Program-made: the position numbers and the translations under genes | NCBI GenBank assembly: GCA_051362555.1 | Contig: CM120644.1 | Span: forward strand, 9,866,954 to 9,930,953 | From: Lingula anatina | Lineage: Eukaryota > Animalia > Brachiopoda | DNA length: 64,000 nucleotides | Reading direction: 5' to 3' | Shown here: piece after piece, positions 1 through 13,206 of the stretch | Layout of the letters: the number at the start of each line of letters is the position of its first letter | How positions within the stretch are numbered: position 1 is the stretch's first letter | The notes under the pieces: model-generated | Database searches by the model: none | Seen by the model: the letters and a program-made list of their open reading frames with translations, nothing else | What the model was told of the DNA's origin: nothing

Positions 1-286
1 CATACCAAACAGGGAATTGAGAAAGCTTACAGCATTAAATTTTTACCTTGAGGACTTTTGATGTAATAGTTGATGCATATAACAAGACTTGGAACAGTGA
101 AACCAGGGACAGCAGCAACACCAGGACTATCAGGTGGTAGTAACAATACCAGTGGTAATAACAGTATCAGTGTTGCCATTTACATTATGGTTTCTCAACT
201 TTAAAGTTATCATTCAATTAAATTTGGGGAAAAAACATTGAATAACATTACACCAAACAGTAACAACAACAGGAGAAAGACTGACA

Positions 287-1681
287 ATGTCACAAATACT
301 CTCAGATGTCAGAGTAGTGGCAAGCGCCAGCTCATCGTTGGACATAAAATGGACTGTGAACACTCTGAACTCCGTCACAGGCTTCGTTGTCCGTCACCAG
401 CATGAGGGTAGTCAACGAATCATCAAGAGTACTCTACTGGAGCCCAGTATCTCCAGTTACGTTATTGATGACCTAGATGCGAACACACAGTATCGAGTGT
501 GTGTGGACGTGTACAGTAAGAACTTTACGAGTCCCAGTGCCGTGTGCATAGATGCCTTAACCTCCAGTTGGCATGTGCCCGTTTCTATTGGTAGCAGCAT
601 AGGGGCCCTATTAGCTCTCGTAATTATTGTAATTATTGTCATGGTGGCAAGATTCAAAGGGAGCAAACGTACACGGAAGTTCAAAGCAAATGGAGAAGTT
701 GGGAAGTCCTTCTTCAGTAGCACTGAGACAGAAGCTAGTAGGAATTTTGAAATGAGTGAGATATCTATTCATGCCGATGACGAATGCTCGTTCTATTCAG
801 AAAACTATGAGGATGACCTTAACCTTGGTGACCCCCGCCTCGATGCGGGTGAGAATGCAAAGCTGAATACATACTACATGCAAGTAAATTCAACGACAGG
901 AAATGGCGAAGGGGAGACGAGCATTACACCAGTCCGTAACCCAAGGCAAGTCCACTGGAGTTTCAGTGACAGGAAATATTCACAGGAACCAGACTCACAT
1001 TCTGATATAGGTCAAGGTCAAGGTCAGAATTCTTTTGATACAAAAGGATTTTGCATGTCAACAGATGCCGACCTTGGAGTTGAAAAAAAGTCAACTCCAA
1101 ATGGTAAAAGACTGGACCTGCAGAGAGGATGCCCTCTGGTAGCAAATTCACTTAGCTGTGCAGATCAAGGTGAAGGTAAATGTCAAGGTCATCATACATG
1201 TGAACTGTCCCCAGAAGTAAAATGTTGCACGTTAGGCTGTTCACATTCAAATTATACATGCTTAGGCAGTCCAAACAGGAACATGCCTTACAATACTGAA
1301 GTGTGTCGCAGCTCCAACATGTTGAAAGAGCCCAACATACAGAACTCGCCATGTATGTGTTCTCTCACTACGGCAGATGTACACGTGCACAGACCAGGCA
1401 AGGGTGTCACCCTCACACCTAGTCCAATTTTAAAGAAAAATAATAACAATGTTGACTGTGAGATACAAGTCCCAAAACGCTGGACAAAAAGAGAAGCTGT
1501 TAAAGAACACGATCCTTCCGAGGCAAACATGGCTGCTCGTGACTTTGTTGAGCTACCTGAAGGGTGGCCTAATGTTGCCATGGAAACACAATGTAAGGAT
1601 CTTTTTCGGAATATATCTGCACCGGGATGTGTAGAGGCAGCCAGCATTCAGCCTATTTGTACAGTGGAAGATGAAATATGA
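287..1681 (+). CDS. Fibronectin type III domain, single-pass transmembrane protein (464-aa ORF; may lack an upstream exon with the signal peptide)
   Basis: The N-terminal ~95 aa have an FN3 pattern (SSLDIKW...GFVVRH...SYVIDDLDANTQYRVCVDVY). A hydrophobic helix SIGALLALVIIVIIVMVA is followed by a basic stop-transfer RFKGSKRTRK and a long, Cys-rich, low-complexity tail. The frame is closed by TGA at 239-241. Confidence 0.8.
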   Translation: MSQILSDVRVVASASSSLDIKWTVNTLNSVTGFVVRHQHEGSQRIIKSTLLEPSISSYVIDDLDANTQYRVCVDVYSKNFTSPSAVCIDALTSSWHVPVSIGSSIGALLALVIIVIIVMVARFKGSKRTRKFKANGEVGKSFFSSTETEASRNFEMSEISIHADDECSFYSENYEDDLNLGDPRLDAGENAKLNTYYMQVNSTTGNGEGETSITPVRNPRQVHWSFSDRKYSQEPDSHSDIGQGQGQNSFDTKGFCMSTDADLGVEKKSTPNGKRLDLQRGCPLVANSLSCADQGEGKCQGHHTCELSPEVKCCTLGCSHSNYTCLGSPNRNMPYNTEVCRSSNMLKEPNIQNSPCMCSLTTADVHVHRPGKGVTLTPSPILKKNNNNVDCEIQVPKRWTKREAVKEHDPSEANMAARDFVELPEGWPNVAMETQCKDLFRNISAPGCVEAASIQPICTVEDEI

Positions 1682-2158
1682 TTTTTAGACAATATTCAAC
1701 ATGGTGTGACTACTGAAATATTCATGTATAATCTGCTGTGACTGCAAGGATTGCTGCTAACCACCAATTATGAATATTGCAAATGCACTTAAGTGATGCT
1801 ACAGCATTATTCTTTGCCAAAAACTAAAGAAAATGAGGACATATTCTGATTATAGATAATTAAACATCTACATATGTACTATCAGCATAGCAAAATTGTG
1901 AACATCAAATTATCGGATGTTTAAAGTTTAAAAGGGAACTTTTCAAAACGGAAAATGGTGGCTTATTCGAAAGCACCAAGAGACCTACAAGAGATATATA
2001 GATCTGTAGGAAGTAGACTTGTGCAACTCACTCCCTTTTCACATCCAGTGATACAGCTTCTGTACTGCACCAGTTAGACTGGCCATAAAAGAACAACATC
2101 TGGGGAGGGGAGGGGAGGGGGGGTATTCCTTTTCTCAAACCCCAACGTACAAATCTAA

Positions 2159-2408
2159 GACTGCATTCCCACAGATTTAGATCGATCCAGATGGATCAAC
2201 CTAACTCCCTGGAGGTTCACGCTCAATTGCTGTCAGCTCAAGAGGCCTTAAATGTCTGTCACGCCTACCGAATCAGCTAGGGGTAAAGATAATTACCCTC
2301 TAACAGCTTTACTAGGTGCGACAACCATTTAAGCTGGCCAAGTTGACAGCAACTTAGAGAGACTCCTCAGGGGGATAGATCAATCTAAATATCTGTGAGA
2401 ATGGTCTC
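2159..2408. mobile_element. MITE, PIF/Harbinger-like
   Basis: Imperfect terminal inverted repeats (GACTGCATTCCCACAGAT...ATCTGTGAGAATGGTCTC) flanked by TAA on both sides. The internal sequence is shared with 11883-12016 and 12510-12675. Confidence 0.65.
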
Positions 2409-5400
2409 TAAATTAATCTGGTTAACTGGCCAGGCCTGGCACAGGAGCTCCATTTAGGTGACTCTCTTATGAATTCTCTCAAATTGTCAATCTCTCAAAC
2501 TGGTATAGTTCAGAAAAAATTGTATCGACGGATATGAAAATTAGGAGACTTGTAGAGATTCGAAGTATGAGTGACAGGAGCCATGATGGTGACAACTGTT
2601 CTCAGGTCCCATGACAGGTCACATGACAGGTCACATGTCTGCATGTTTTATATATACTGAGTACATATATATATATTTGGACAGTTTGATTGATTATTTA
2701 TCTTGCGAGTTGTGGGAAATTTTTCAATTCAAATCTGTTACCTGTTAAACATTCATGTGAGTGTAGAGTTAATCTATCAGTAGCACCCTGTAATTGGAAG
2801 CATAAAAGCACTTAGCAAATCCATCAAATCTGGGAATAATTTAAACTGGAAACCTGTATGAAGAGGAAATCCTGCAACCACATCAAACTTATTAGGGCCT
2901 ATTTAGATAAAAGAGAGATACTCCTTTGCTGGGGATTCATGAAGCCAAAACACACATCTGGAGAGATCATGGAGATATTTTTCATATATTAATTGGGATG
3001 TTAACTTCAAGAAACATGTGCTTGCACAGCACCAGACCCCTTGCAGGAACTAAAATTATGTGATAAAAGTTGTAATCTGTTCTCCAGATCTATGATATAT
3101 ACAAAGACTTTTTGTGTATATGTTCCTGTACTTAATTTTAGGAATTTTAAGTGAAAGAGATATCAGTGTGCATTCAAAGCAGACATAGAATTTTACATCT
3201 GCATCTAAAGGAATTTCTGTGTTTGGACAGGAAAATGGCATAAAAAAACGTCCAGTATCAGAAAATTTGCTGCAAATTTACACAGCCCACAAGGTACTAA
3301 ACCATCTTTATGTACAATGTAACTCTAATTTTGCTAGTTAGAATTTCTCCCCATATATTCAGATTTATATCGTAAAATTAATTATTACCAAATTTCTTGC
3401 ATTTTCACAATGGTATTCCAATTAATCAATCAATACAGGCAATTGCTCCAAATAACTGCCTTAAACTTAGATGCACCTTCCAGAACCTTAGAGATAAACA
3501 GTTTTCTTCTAGGCACCAGCTTTATGTTTGTTATTACATCTATTTACCATTGTCCAGAAATAGAACTCGTATGCTATATCTAGTTGCATGTTCTATTTCA
3601 TTTCTGGTTCTCAACTGTTACCGTTACCGCAAACTGACACTTCAGTAAATGAACATAAGTTTTCAATAAAATGTTCTACGGGATGATTAATCCAAGGACC
3701 TTTACTGCAGACAGATGATCACCACAAAGAAACATATTGTATGTTTTGGCAGCAAAAACTGTAACCACATGTTGAGAAACACAAGGAAATTTTTTAGATA
3801 AAGTTACTTTTAATGGTGATACAACCGGTTTGCTTTGGCAGCTGGAAAAAGAACACTGCATATACAGTGTAATGATAAATTTTTTGCTTAATTTCTGAAC
3901 ATGGAAAATACTACAGCATTTCCCTATAAACTAATTTTGAAGAACAATAAAAGGAAAATTGCACCTTTGATGGCAAACAATTTGTTACAATGACTTTGTT
4001 TGGCGGTCATTTCAAAAGAGTGCTGAGAGACAATCAAAGTACGAATAATGCACTGGTTTGGCTACATCATGTGAATGAGAACATATTGTACTTAAAACAT
4101 CTAACAAATTTTCTTTTAAATTTCAATGTTTGAATTTGGAAAAGCCAATAACTTTTCCCGTGAAGTGATTTTATCCATACAGTATAAGTCTTTTTTGGCG
4201 TCATCTCTAAAAGCATGATAAACAATGATTAACTTGTCCTCAGGTATAAGTTCAACAAGAAGTGGTTTATGTACTTAACTTGTGCTTAAAATATCATTCT
4301 TTGTGATTCAAAACTAAAGCCATCTTGTAATACAAGGCCCGGGGTGATACGTGCTTATGTGATGGAGAATTCTGAGAATTGCATGTAAGTCTCCCCAGTG
4401 AGATGAGTAAGATTTCCAGTACTGCTAGTTCAGAATTAAACCAAAGACTGAAAGCTGATTTGAATTTTAAGGCAAATACCCAACTAATGGAACTCCTACA
4501 CTCTTTATACCAATTTTGTATGCTCATATTGAGATTTTTTTCCCATCAACCACCAAAAAACTTCCATCGCAACTTTTTTATGAATAATACACAGTTCCTG
4601 ACTCCTGGGACGGGGGTTACCATTAGAAACATACCCTTACAACTTGATTTTTACATTACAGACATGGTAATTAAATCGACTATGGGCACAGCATGCAGCA
4701 ATTTGGTGTCTCTGTCAGTGTGTTAATTGGCATGCATCGCAGTCCTGAAAACAAAAGTACTCTTCGTAGGTTTGTGGTTGATGAGTAAAATGCTTATGTG
4801 ACATTTTAATTTGATTTAGCAGTTTGGTAAAAGCTTGTGTTCCAAACTTGTTACCTTATTAGTTTACCCTGCAGCTGGGTCTATCAGCTTTCTGGGGCTG
4901 CCCAACCACAAATAGATAGTCCCCTGTGACTAAAAAAACAAATAAATCAAACTTTATTCGCTTAAATCTCAGATTGTGTCAGAAAATTAGAACCTTTTGT
5001 GGAAAGGGTTATTCTTTGCTTTTAAAGAGCAACAGCTTGATGAAATATTTAGTGCTTTCAAATATTCTAAAAAAAATATTGGTTATCAATTGTAGAGAAC
5101 AAATTGCTATGTCCAAAAGAAATCAACTGTTTTCTTTGGATCTAAAAATAACATGCCATTATGACTATTCAAAAAGAGCATGCTCAGCAATGAGTATACT
5201 GGTAAATTCAGCAAAGGTAAAGTAATCAATAAACTCTTGGAAAATTACACAACCTTGAAAATTTTGAACAGCCAGGTTCTGCAAAATGACAAAGATCACA
5301 GATATATTATCTTTTTGTAGATCAAAGGGAATGCTGCGAAAGAAAGATTAAAGCAGTAAGCCTATCACACGTTCAATTTTCAAGGAGGAACATAGGTTGA

Positions 5401-7120
5401 GAACGCATGCAGTGGCTTAAACTTACTTCCCTTTTCACAATGAGCAGAACAGTTTTCTGTGAGACTCCCACTCTGAAAGATTGACTACTTTTAGCCTGAC
5501 TTTTATGTAAAACAATAATCACACCCTCCGGAATTTACAAGTTACAGCCAGTGAAAGTGGAGGGGAACAAAACACTCACAGGAGGACAATCAATTAAAAT
5601 GGTACTTGGTAGATGAACATAGGGATAAGATTGGTTCCCTCCGGTGACCTAATCATAATCTCAAGTTCTGCTGAGATTACACATGCTAATATTAAGTTAA
5701 ATCATCACAACTTGAATGGGAACGCATCTTCTGTACCAGAAAGTGAAATCTTTTCAATCAACCATCTTTTTCCACCAAACTTCACTCAATTTCAAAAGCT
5801 GTGGGTGGGGCATCAGAAGGATTAAACTGGCTCCATGAAGTGAGTTTATTTTAATCACATGGCCATTATAGAGGAGTAACAGAATTGGGCTGATCCAAGT
5901 TGACTGTAAACACGACTTACATTGTGTCTGGCCACCACTTTAAGCAGGGTACATTATCTCATAACAATTGAGGCCAAAAGCTGCTCATTAGACCTTAATT
6001 GAGACAAATCACATTATGTAATATAATAAACGGATCATCACATTAACGCATGGCAAAACCAACAAATTGCATAACATGATCTGAGGACTAAATCAAATTA
6101 CCATTGCACGGTAATAACCAAATGCATTACATAATCCAAAGTACAGAGCAAATCAAGTTGTACAATACAATAAATAGACATATACTAGTACAAATTGCAC
6201 AAATAAAGTAGTCAATAGGATCCCTTAAATCGCCCTTTTATGCTTGAATTTCTTCTCATATGTCAATTTGTCATATATTACACCAGTTTGTAAACTGTAT
6301 TTTGAAATATGTATAGGCACAGATATATAGGCCCAGATATACTGTACTTCACCATTCACTAATGAATAACCAAATTTACAGCTAAACCAGTGCAATTCTA
6401 ACCTGCCTGGTGATTTTTATAGAAGCAATTATGAAGTGCAGTCTGTTTGTTTTTCCTTTGTTCGATTTAGTACGTAACACAAAAGGAGAAAAAAGCTAAT
6501 GGCACTCAGAGCCACGGTGCATCTCAGAGGACACCATGCCTCAGAGCTTGTGATTAATTTCTAGGAAATCAAATCATAGGCAATCTCTAGAGAATGACAC
6601 AGAACACTTTGTACATACACACACAAAAAACATGGTAGAAATTACATTATTTCTGAAAGAAAAAATATACAATGTCAAAACACATAAATCAAGATACTGG
6701 CACCAAAACACACATACGCACACAATCAGGATGCCCATGATGGTTCCAAGCAAACTCGGTTTTAACAATGTGTCCAAGGGAATCATATTACATTACTTTC
6801 AATACCTGATTCCAAATAACAAAGTTAACACAAACTCTATTGCTCTTATGTCTGACAATGAAGTTATATCTTGATTGCAGAAACCAATAACCACAGTCAT
6901 AAAATAATGCCAAAGACATTATGGTTATTGCTCTCTTCACACAACCTACACACTGATTGACCATATTGCTTCACACAATGCATTTTTTTCTTAGTGGTTA
7001 ATAAAGAAGTTTTGATATCAAAAGATATCTCAGCAGCAAAGTATATGATGTTCTAATAAGAAAGCAGCTAAGCTGCAACTTTTTTGGCCAGTTTTTGACA
7101 CACATATCAAAATCATGACA

Positions 7121-7368
7121 AACTAGAAAAGTGCTCAGAGGGTGAGGACCTCTACCAAGGCAGGCCAATTCAATTTACAATTAACCAAAATTAAAATTAA
7201 TCAAAATTAATCATTAATCGCATCATTGGAATAGAGTTAAGATCAAATTTTGCTCTTGGACCATTTGTGCCCTTTTCTGAAAATTTCATTGAACTCCAAA
7301 ATGTTGCAAACGGAAAAAGAAACCCACAAACTAACGGAACCAAAAACATAACCTCCTTGTCGAGGTAA
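7121..7368. mobile_element. Short non-autonomous Helentron/HINE-like element
   Basis: Starts AACTAG. Sub-terminal IR ACCTCTACCAAGG (7148-7160) matches the terminal hairpin ACCTCCTTGTCGAGGT in AAAACATAACCTCCTTGTCGAGGTAA, an end motif typical of Helentron-associated elements. A related end motif lies in the opposite orientation near 9840-9870. Confidence 0.5.
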
Positions 7369-7662
7369 ATATTTAGAACAGCGTGTTGGTCAAATTTTGA
7401 GAGTGCATACCGTACACCAAATGGGGGCTTGGACAATTGAATCACTTCATGGACACTGGTGAAATCAATCCGTCATCTGGTGGTCTTTATAGCACTTAAA
7501 CAAGTTTGGGCTGACTTTCATGCCTAATTGCACATTTATTATACGGCAATAACCGACAAATTTCAAACAGTACCTCTTTAATTCCGTTTTATTTTTCCAT
7601 ACTTTGCAATATTTGTATTGGCTAACTTTAAGTTAGTCTAACAAATAAATAAATAAATAAAA

Positions 7663-7663
<1 letters not shown>

Positions 7664-7727
<64 letters not shown>
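7664..7727. repeat. (TA)n microsatellite
   Basis: Uninterrupted TA run of about 32 units. Confidence 0.95.
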
Positions 7728-7731
<4 letters not shown>

Positions 7732-8091
7732 AACTCTATATTCACTATATATACTACATGCCTTTCTCATCAAATATTAAGAAACCAGACTCAGAACAAT
7801 ATTTCAGTAAACTAGTGATGGAAAACTAATTTTGTTCTAATGTTATAAGAAACTACCATTTGCACAATGGAGAAGAGCATTCTTCATTTCATATTTCATT
7901 TGACAGGAAAATCAATAGCAACTAAAATGCTGCACATGGCTGCCAAGTGTCCTAGCTGCATTAGGAGGGGCAATCTGGCATTTTGATCGAGTTTCCCTTG
8001 TCCCCAACTGACAACCAATATTTCCAACAGAACAATCAAAATATTTTATTAATAATCATGTTTGATGGTTTCTCCTCGAGTTCTAGGCCAC

Positions 8092-8271
8092 ATTCAGAAC
8101 AGTGGCCTATAACTCGGGACTTACTAGTCCGAGGGTCAAATATGGCCGACCCACTTGAATACTTCCCCATGGGGAAGCTATATTCAGTGTATATATAAGC
8201 GGATTAGACAGCAAGCTTTTTAGTGGGACACCATATTTGACCCACGGACTAGTTAGTCCACTATTCTGAAT
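8092..8271. mobile_element. MITE with inverted termini
   Basis: ATTCAGAACAGTGG...ACTAGTCCGAGGGTCAAATATGG on the left is the inverse of CCATATTTGACCCACGGACTAGTTAGTCCACTATTCTGAAT on the right. Confidence 0.6.
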
Positions 8272-8285
8272 ACTATGCAGTCATA

Positions 8286-8511
8286 GATCGCATTCATAAC
8301 GAGTTGAGCCAGGCTTTACAAATCCTGGGGACTAAATATGGCGGACGTACATGAAAGAAAGACCGCCTAATCTTTTAATAGTCTCTCCGCCTCTCACACG
8401 CCTCCCCTAACGTCGTCCCTGCAGGGGGACAGTCATTAAATCTCGGCTCCATTGGGACGACACATGGGGAGGCGTGTGAGAGGCCTGGCTCCACTCATTG
8501 TGAATGCGACC
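8286..8511. mobile_element. MITE with ~29-bp terminal inverted repeats
   Basis: GATCGCATTCATAACGAGTTGAGCCAGGC versus GCCTGGCTCCACTCATTGTGAATGCGACC (reverse complement GGTCGCATTCACAATGAGTGGAGCCAGGC). Confidence 0.65.
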
Positions 8512-11489
8512 ATAGAGTCCTCCTGCCTCCAAACAGCACGGATCACTTTGTAACCACAAAGCCATTTCGTACACATTTTCAAACTTGTTCATTCTTTTCA
8601 CCTGTGGTACAGCAATGCAGGTCTTTAACTCGTTGATCCCTGCTACTTAATTTCTTATTACACATTGCAATCAATCTTCTTCTTCAAACATTCTGCAAAT
8701 CAAGGCACTTGCACCACAGGTTGTAATTTATTATAGGTCCAGATCTTATGCTAGTTACTCCAATTGTTGACAACTATAGGTACGTATCTTTTGACAATGT
8801 CAGAAAAGTACCATAGCACATATTTTCTTCACTTTTGAATATACAGGATTGATGGAGATTAAGTTTCCAGTAATTTTTTAATATATATATAAAATAATGG
8901 AAAGACAGCTGCTCAATAATCCAACCAATAATATGAGGTAAAAACATGTTTCAAGAAAATGTTTCATCAATCCTGTTCCATCAACTTTCTTTTTTCACTA
9001 TGCACATCTAGTATTGCATAAATACAGCCAATAACATCTTACGGTTACAACTTTTGTTTAAAGAACATCACACTTCAAGGCAGCTGTTATCAAATCTTAT
9101 CATCTTTTCTGTTCATTGGTATAGATCCCGCTAACAATGAGGATATTATTTCTGTCACAAGCATGGGTTTATTAAGGTAGCAGAAATCAAATATTAACAC
9201 TTTTTATTTGCCACATGCATACACCCAATGTTATAATGGTTATACCACTTTCAAGAATCTGTTTACATGAGGCAGCTGTTCACAAATATTAATTACTTCA
9301 AATTTATGTTAACAAGCTTCCGACAATACAGCTACAGTATGTCAACAACTAGGAATTCAAGACAAACGACCAGGTATTGACATTTTCTGATAACATTTAT
9401 ATGCTAGTTAATTCCCAATAGCACCTTGACTAGGACAGGATTCTATCACCATGATGTACTACAACTTAATTGTGACCATATTAATTAACAAAGTTCTGGG
9501 GCAACATGTGAACATTTTTTCTTTTTTCAAATAACAGCGTTCATGTTATTACTTTTGTGAGACATCGTCAGGCATGTTAAAAGACTTATGGGGACCAACA
9601 ACACAGGAAGCTAGGATCTGGTGACACTGGTGGCATTAATTGAACAAATCACAATAATTTATAAATACACCTGCGCGAATCACTGTGGAGTCGTAATTTG
9701 AACTTTGGTGATCAAGGCTACCTTTTTTCCATGCCCAGTTCACAAAAGAATTCAAACCAAAAATTGGTGTTAACATTAATTTGTTCACGGTCTTAGCTTT
9801 TAAGAACAAAGAAAAATAAATATTTTGTTTTCATATCTACACCTTCTGCCAAATGAGGTAATGTTTTCATTGGTTTTGCTTTTGTGCAAGCAAAATATTT
9901 TTTAAAAATAGTTACAAAGGATGAATTCGTGGGTACCACATTTATTCTGTAGTTATGGATTCATAGAAATGTGAAGAATTGGAACTACATCTGGGTGTCC
10001 TAATATTTTAAAAGATTTTTTCCTATTTTGTTCTTATTACCCTATTGCTTTTATTTTTTTAAATTTTCTTTACTTTCATTATCATCTACTTCAAATTTTT
10101 TCTTATTTCTTATTTTGAGACCCTCTTCAAGTTCAAGTCTTAAAAGTGTTCTCCAGTTTACAGTACTCTACTTTACTGCTTTCTTTCCAAAAGATAACAG
10201 TCCATGCAACACTTTCCAGATCAGATCTCATGATGCATCCTCCTTGGTTTCATTTGAATGTAAAAAAAAAAATAAAAAAAAAGATCTGGTCTCCACCAGA
10301 GAGAAATCATAAAATCAATACTATAGCTATTAAGGTACAAGGTTAGGGCCAGGTTTTCTTCTGACAATATTAGATAATCACAAATGACACACAAAGGACC
10401 CATTCAGCCTAATCAGAAATGGAAATAGGACGTCGTCAGGGCTGTGAATGACCAGATTAATTAGCCTTTGGTACAAATGCATGAGAGGAGATCTCCACCG
10501 TGGCTTGGCGCATTATCAAGTTAGGACGCCCCGCGGCGCTTCAGACATCAAAGTGCCAAGATACAATATATCTTAATTACTATCAGGTTACTCTGCGGTA
10601 TGAACACTAAGAACAGATCTCAATACAGCCCAAGGATCCAGCTGCTATGAGAATGTTACACAGCGTAACTGAGCTCATATTAATTAGTATGATACTTTAA
10701 AAGTACAAATCCTGCAGGCACAAAGCTGCTTTACTAGGAATTGTCAATGCATCTTGTTTCAAATGAAGTCAGCCAGAAAGCTTAGTTTTTTTTTGTGTTC
10801 ATTATGGGAAAGTCACACTGTCGTGTATAGGACAGTGAACTACCAATTAGAATTATCTCTAATCCTCTCAAGCACACAAACACAAACACACACACGTATG
10901 TGCACATATGCAGATAAAATACACATGGCTTTTAATGCACATACAACTCTGCTATGAATAATTTTTGATTGGTTTCTGATAGGCTACCTATACATGTTAT
11001 TAATAAAGCATATTAGACTCAAACCACACCACCACACAGATATCATACAGACCAGCAATGCTTTCAAAGATCAGAATAATCAATACCTAGGAAAGATACG
11101 TATTCCATAATTATCCAGCGCAAATAAACTTGTGTGAGCTGATAAGTAATTCATTCGTGAGAACGTGACTTTGATAAGCTCCATTTAGGTTATTTCACCA
11201 CTGGTTTGACCAATTATTAATAAAGATAATTTTGAAACCTCGTACAAATAAAATTTCCAGAAATTAATAACCGCATGATTGTAACTTGAGTATTCAGTGC
11301 ACTACACAAACCTTCCTCTCGCCAAACAATTTTCAATCATATTTTTATAAATCATCATACATTCTGATTTTCATACATAGTCAATTATTCATATTTTAAT
11401 TGAAATTAGCAAACGTTTTTCACATTCACATCAAATTCCTTTTTTTTTTTCAGGTGGATGTATGAATATACTGTAACATGATGTTCTAC

Positions 11490-11615
11490 CTTTTGTAAAA
11501 AATTCAGCTCTGCTTGGCATTTTTTCTTGAGCTTTGGTGCGCCATGAACAGACAGCTTGCTGCACCGGTCTATGAGACTTTCTGCCAGAGTCACAAGACT
11601 CTCCAACTCTGCCAT
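11490..11615 (-). CDS. C7orf25: First coding exon of a C7orf25/UPF0415 homologue; remaining exons not found in this window
   Basis: MAELESLVTLAESLIDRCSKLSVHGAPKLKKKCQAELNFLQK resembles the recalled human N-terminus (...GGAKLCSKLKAELKFLQK). Acceptor TTTCAG lies just before the ATG and a phase-0 GT donor at 11489. A likely non-coding exon donor (AAG/GTAAAC) lies near 13726. Confidence 0.7.
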
Positions 11616-11882
11616 ATCTGAAACAGTGAAATCACAATTGTGTTAGGTGTGACAATGGTAGCAATGATAGTGTATAAGATGCGACACTCCTAGCAACACA
11701 TTTGCGACAAAATATTCATGATGTACTTGACCACAATTTACCGACAACTTCTTGTTACCAAACATGTTTGAAATATCAGTTCACACTATACACTTTAGAG
11801 AAAGTTAAGAACACTAAGTTAATTGAAGTTAATGTGTCACTGATAACCATAACCACCAATCAGTGCTTATCTTTATAACTTC

Positions 11883-12675
11883 GGGTGTATTCCCAGAGAA
11901 TTAGATCGATCCAGGGATTAAGATTTAGATCGACCTAACTCCCTGGGGGTTCACGCTAAATTGCAGTCAGCCGAGCGCACTATAGTTAATTACCCCCTTA
12001 CAGCTTTCAGTAGGCACTAATAGCACTAATAAAGGTCTGAAAGTAAAAACAGCTTCAATATGGCTCAGATAGAAATTAAGTGAGACTAGAGGATCAAGAT
12101 CTAGTGAATACACTTTACAAGATACATTGTATCAATATGTTTTTTTCATAGTGCATGTAATTGTGGACTCCAATTCTTCACTTTGCCTAATCTTCTTCTT
12201 GGTTGTCTGTCACAAGGTAGTTTCAGCATCTTCCACACCGTCCATTCCATTCTTCAACTTTCCTTTGATCTCACCATAACTCTCTGTTCTGTTGTTTTCT
12301 TTCTTCTCATGCCAATTACCGTCAAACACTGTCTTTCTTTTTCGTCTTTTCTTACTCTGCCTCTTTTACCATTTAACCTGCCTTCAATGACCCCCCCCCC
12401 CCCCAAGCAGTCCATGATACCTCATAAAGTGACCAATCCATTTAATTTCTGCCGATTACAAATAATCTCTATCAAAGATCTCCTTTCGTTTATCCTTAGC
12501 ACGAAAATTCATGCGTTAGCACTCCTATTGCCTATCAGGCGAGGGAGCACGAAAGTTAATTACCCCCTTACAGCTTGTAGTAGGCGGGACGGACATTTAA
12601 GCTGGATTATCTGACAGTAATCTAGTGAGACTCCCCATGGGGATAGATCAATCTAAAAGCTCTGGGAATACGCCC
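11883..12675. mobile_element. PIF/Harbinger-like MITE (same family as 2159-2408), split into two overlapping halves
   Basis: TIRs GGGTGTATTCCCAGAG / CTCTGGGAATACGCCC followed by TAA. AGTTAATTACCCCCTTACAGCTT occurs in both halves (~11983 and ~12554), with ~490 bp of unrelated sequence between the halves. Confidence 0.6.
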
Positions 12676-12720
12676 TAACACGGAGACAGTACATATCAGA
12701 GTCGTCAATGGGAGTGCTAA

Positions 12721-13206
12721 AGCACCCCGCACACAGTAAGCAATTGGCGCGCGCCACTTGCGCTGAGCCAAACGCTGCGCTCTTTGCTCAGCAGAGGTGC
12801 CACCCAGCCTGCCCCTAGCGGACACACTGTGAACTGTGGGATATCATGTGTTTAAGGAAACATTACATATTGTTGTTTTTTCTGATAGTAATGGAAAATG
12901 GTGACCACGTTAATCAATCAGACTAACTATAACTGTGTACATTTTTGTTGACTTCGCTGGGAGCTGCCATTTTTGTTTGTTTCCAGCTACCGGCACATGC
13001 GCATTGTTGGCATGACTTGAGCAATCGGCGCTTGCACCCCGCACACGCTGAGACATATGCCTCAAGAGACCAAAAATATCAAACACGTGAGATATTTTGC
13101 TAAGCCGTGCGAAAGGCAAAAATCTCACCAAAATACCCCCGCAAACGATGAGAAAACAGCGCAGCGCAAGTGGCGCGCGCCAAATGCTCACCGTGTGCAG
13201 GCCCCT
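12721..13206. mobile_element. MITE with ~45-bp TIRs and TAA target-site duplication (PIF/Harbinger-like)
   Basis: GCACACAGTAAGCAATTGGCGCGCGCCACTTGCGCTG is the inverse of CAGCGCAAGTGGCGCGCGCCAAATGCTCACCGTGTGC. TAA lies at 12718-12720 and 13207-13209. Confidence 0.75.

Noticed and set aside
5921-5960. Minus-strand LKVVARHN with a GTAAGT donor as a possible C7orf25 exon
   Set aside because: An in-frame stop lies just upstream, the conserved Trp is absent and there is no good acceptor.
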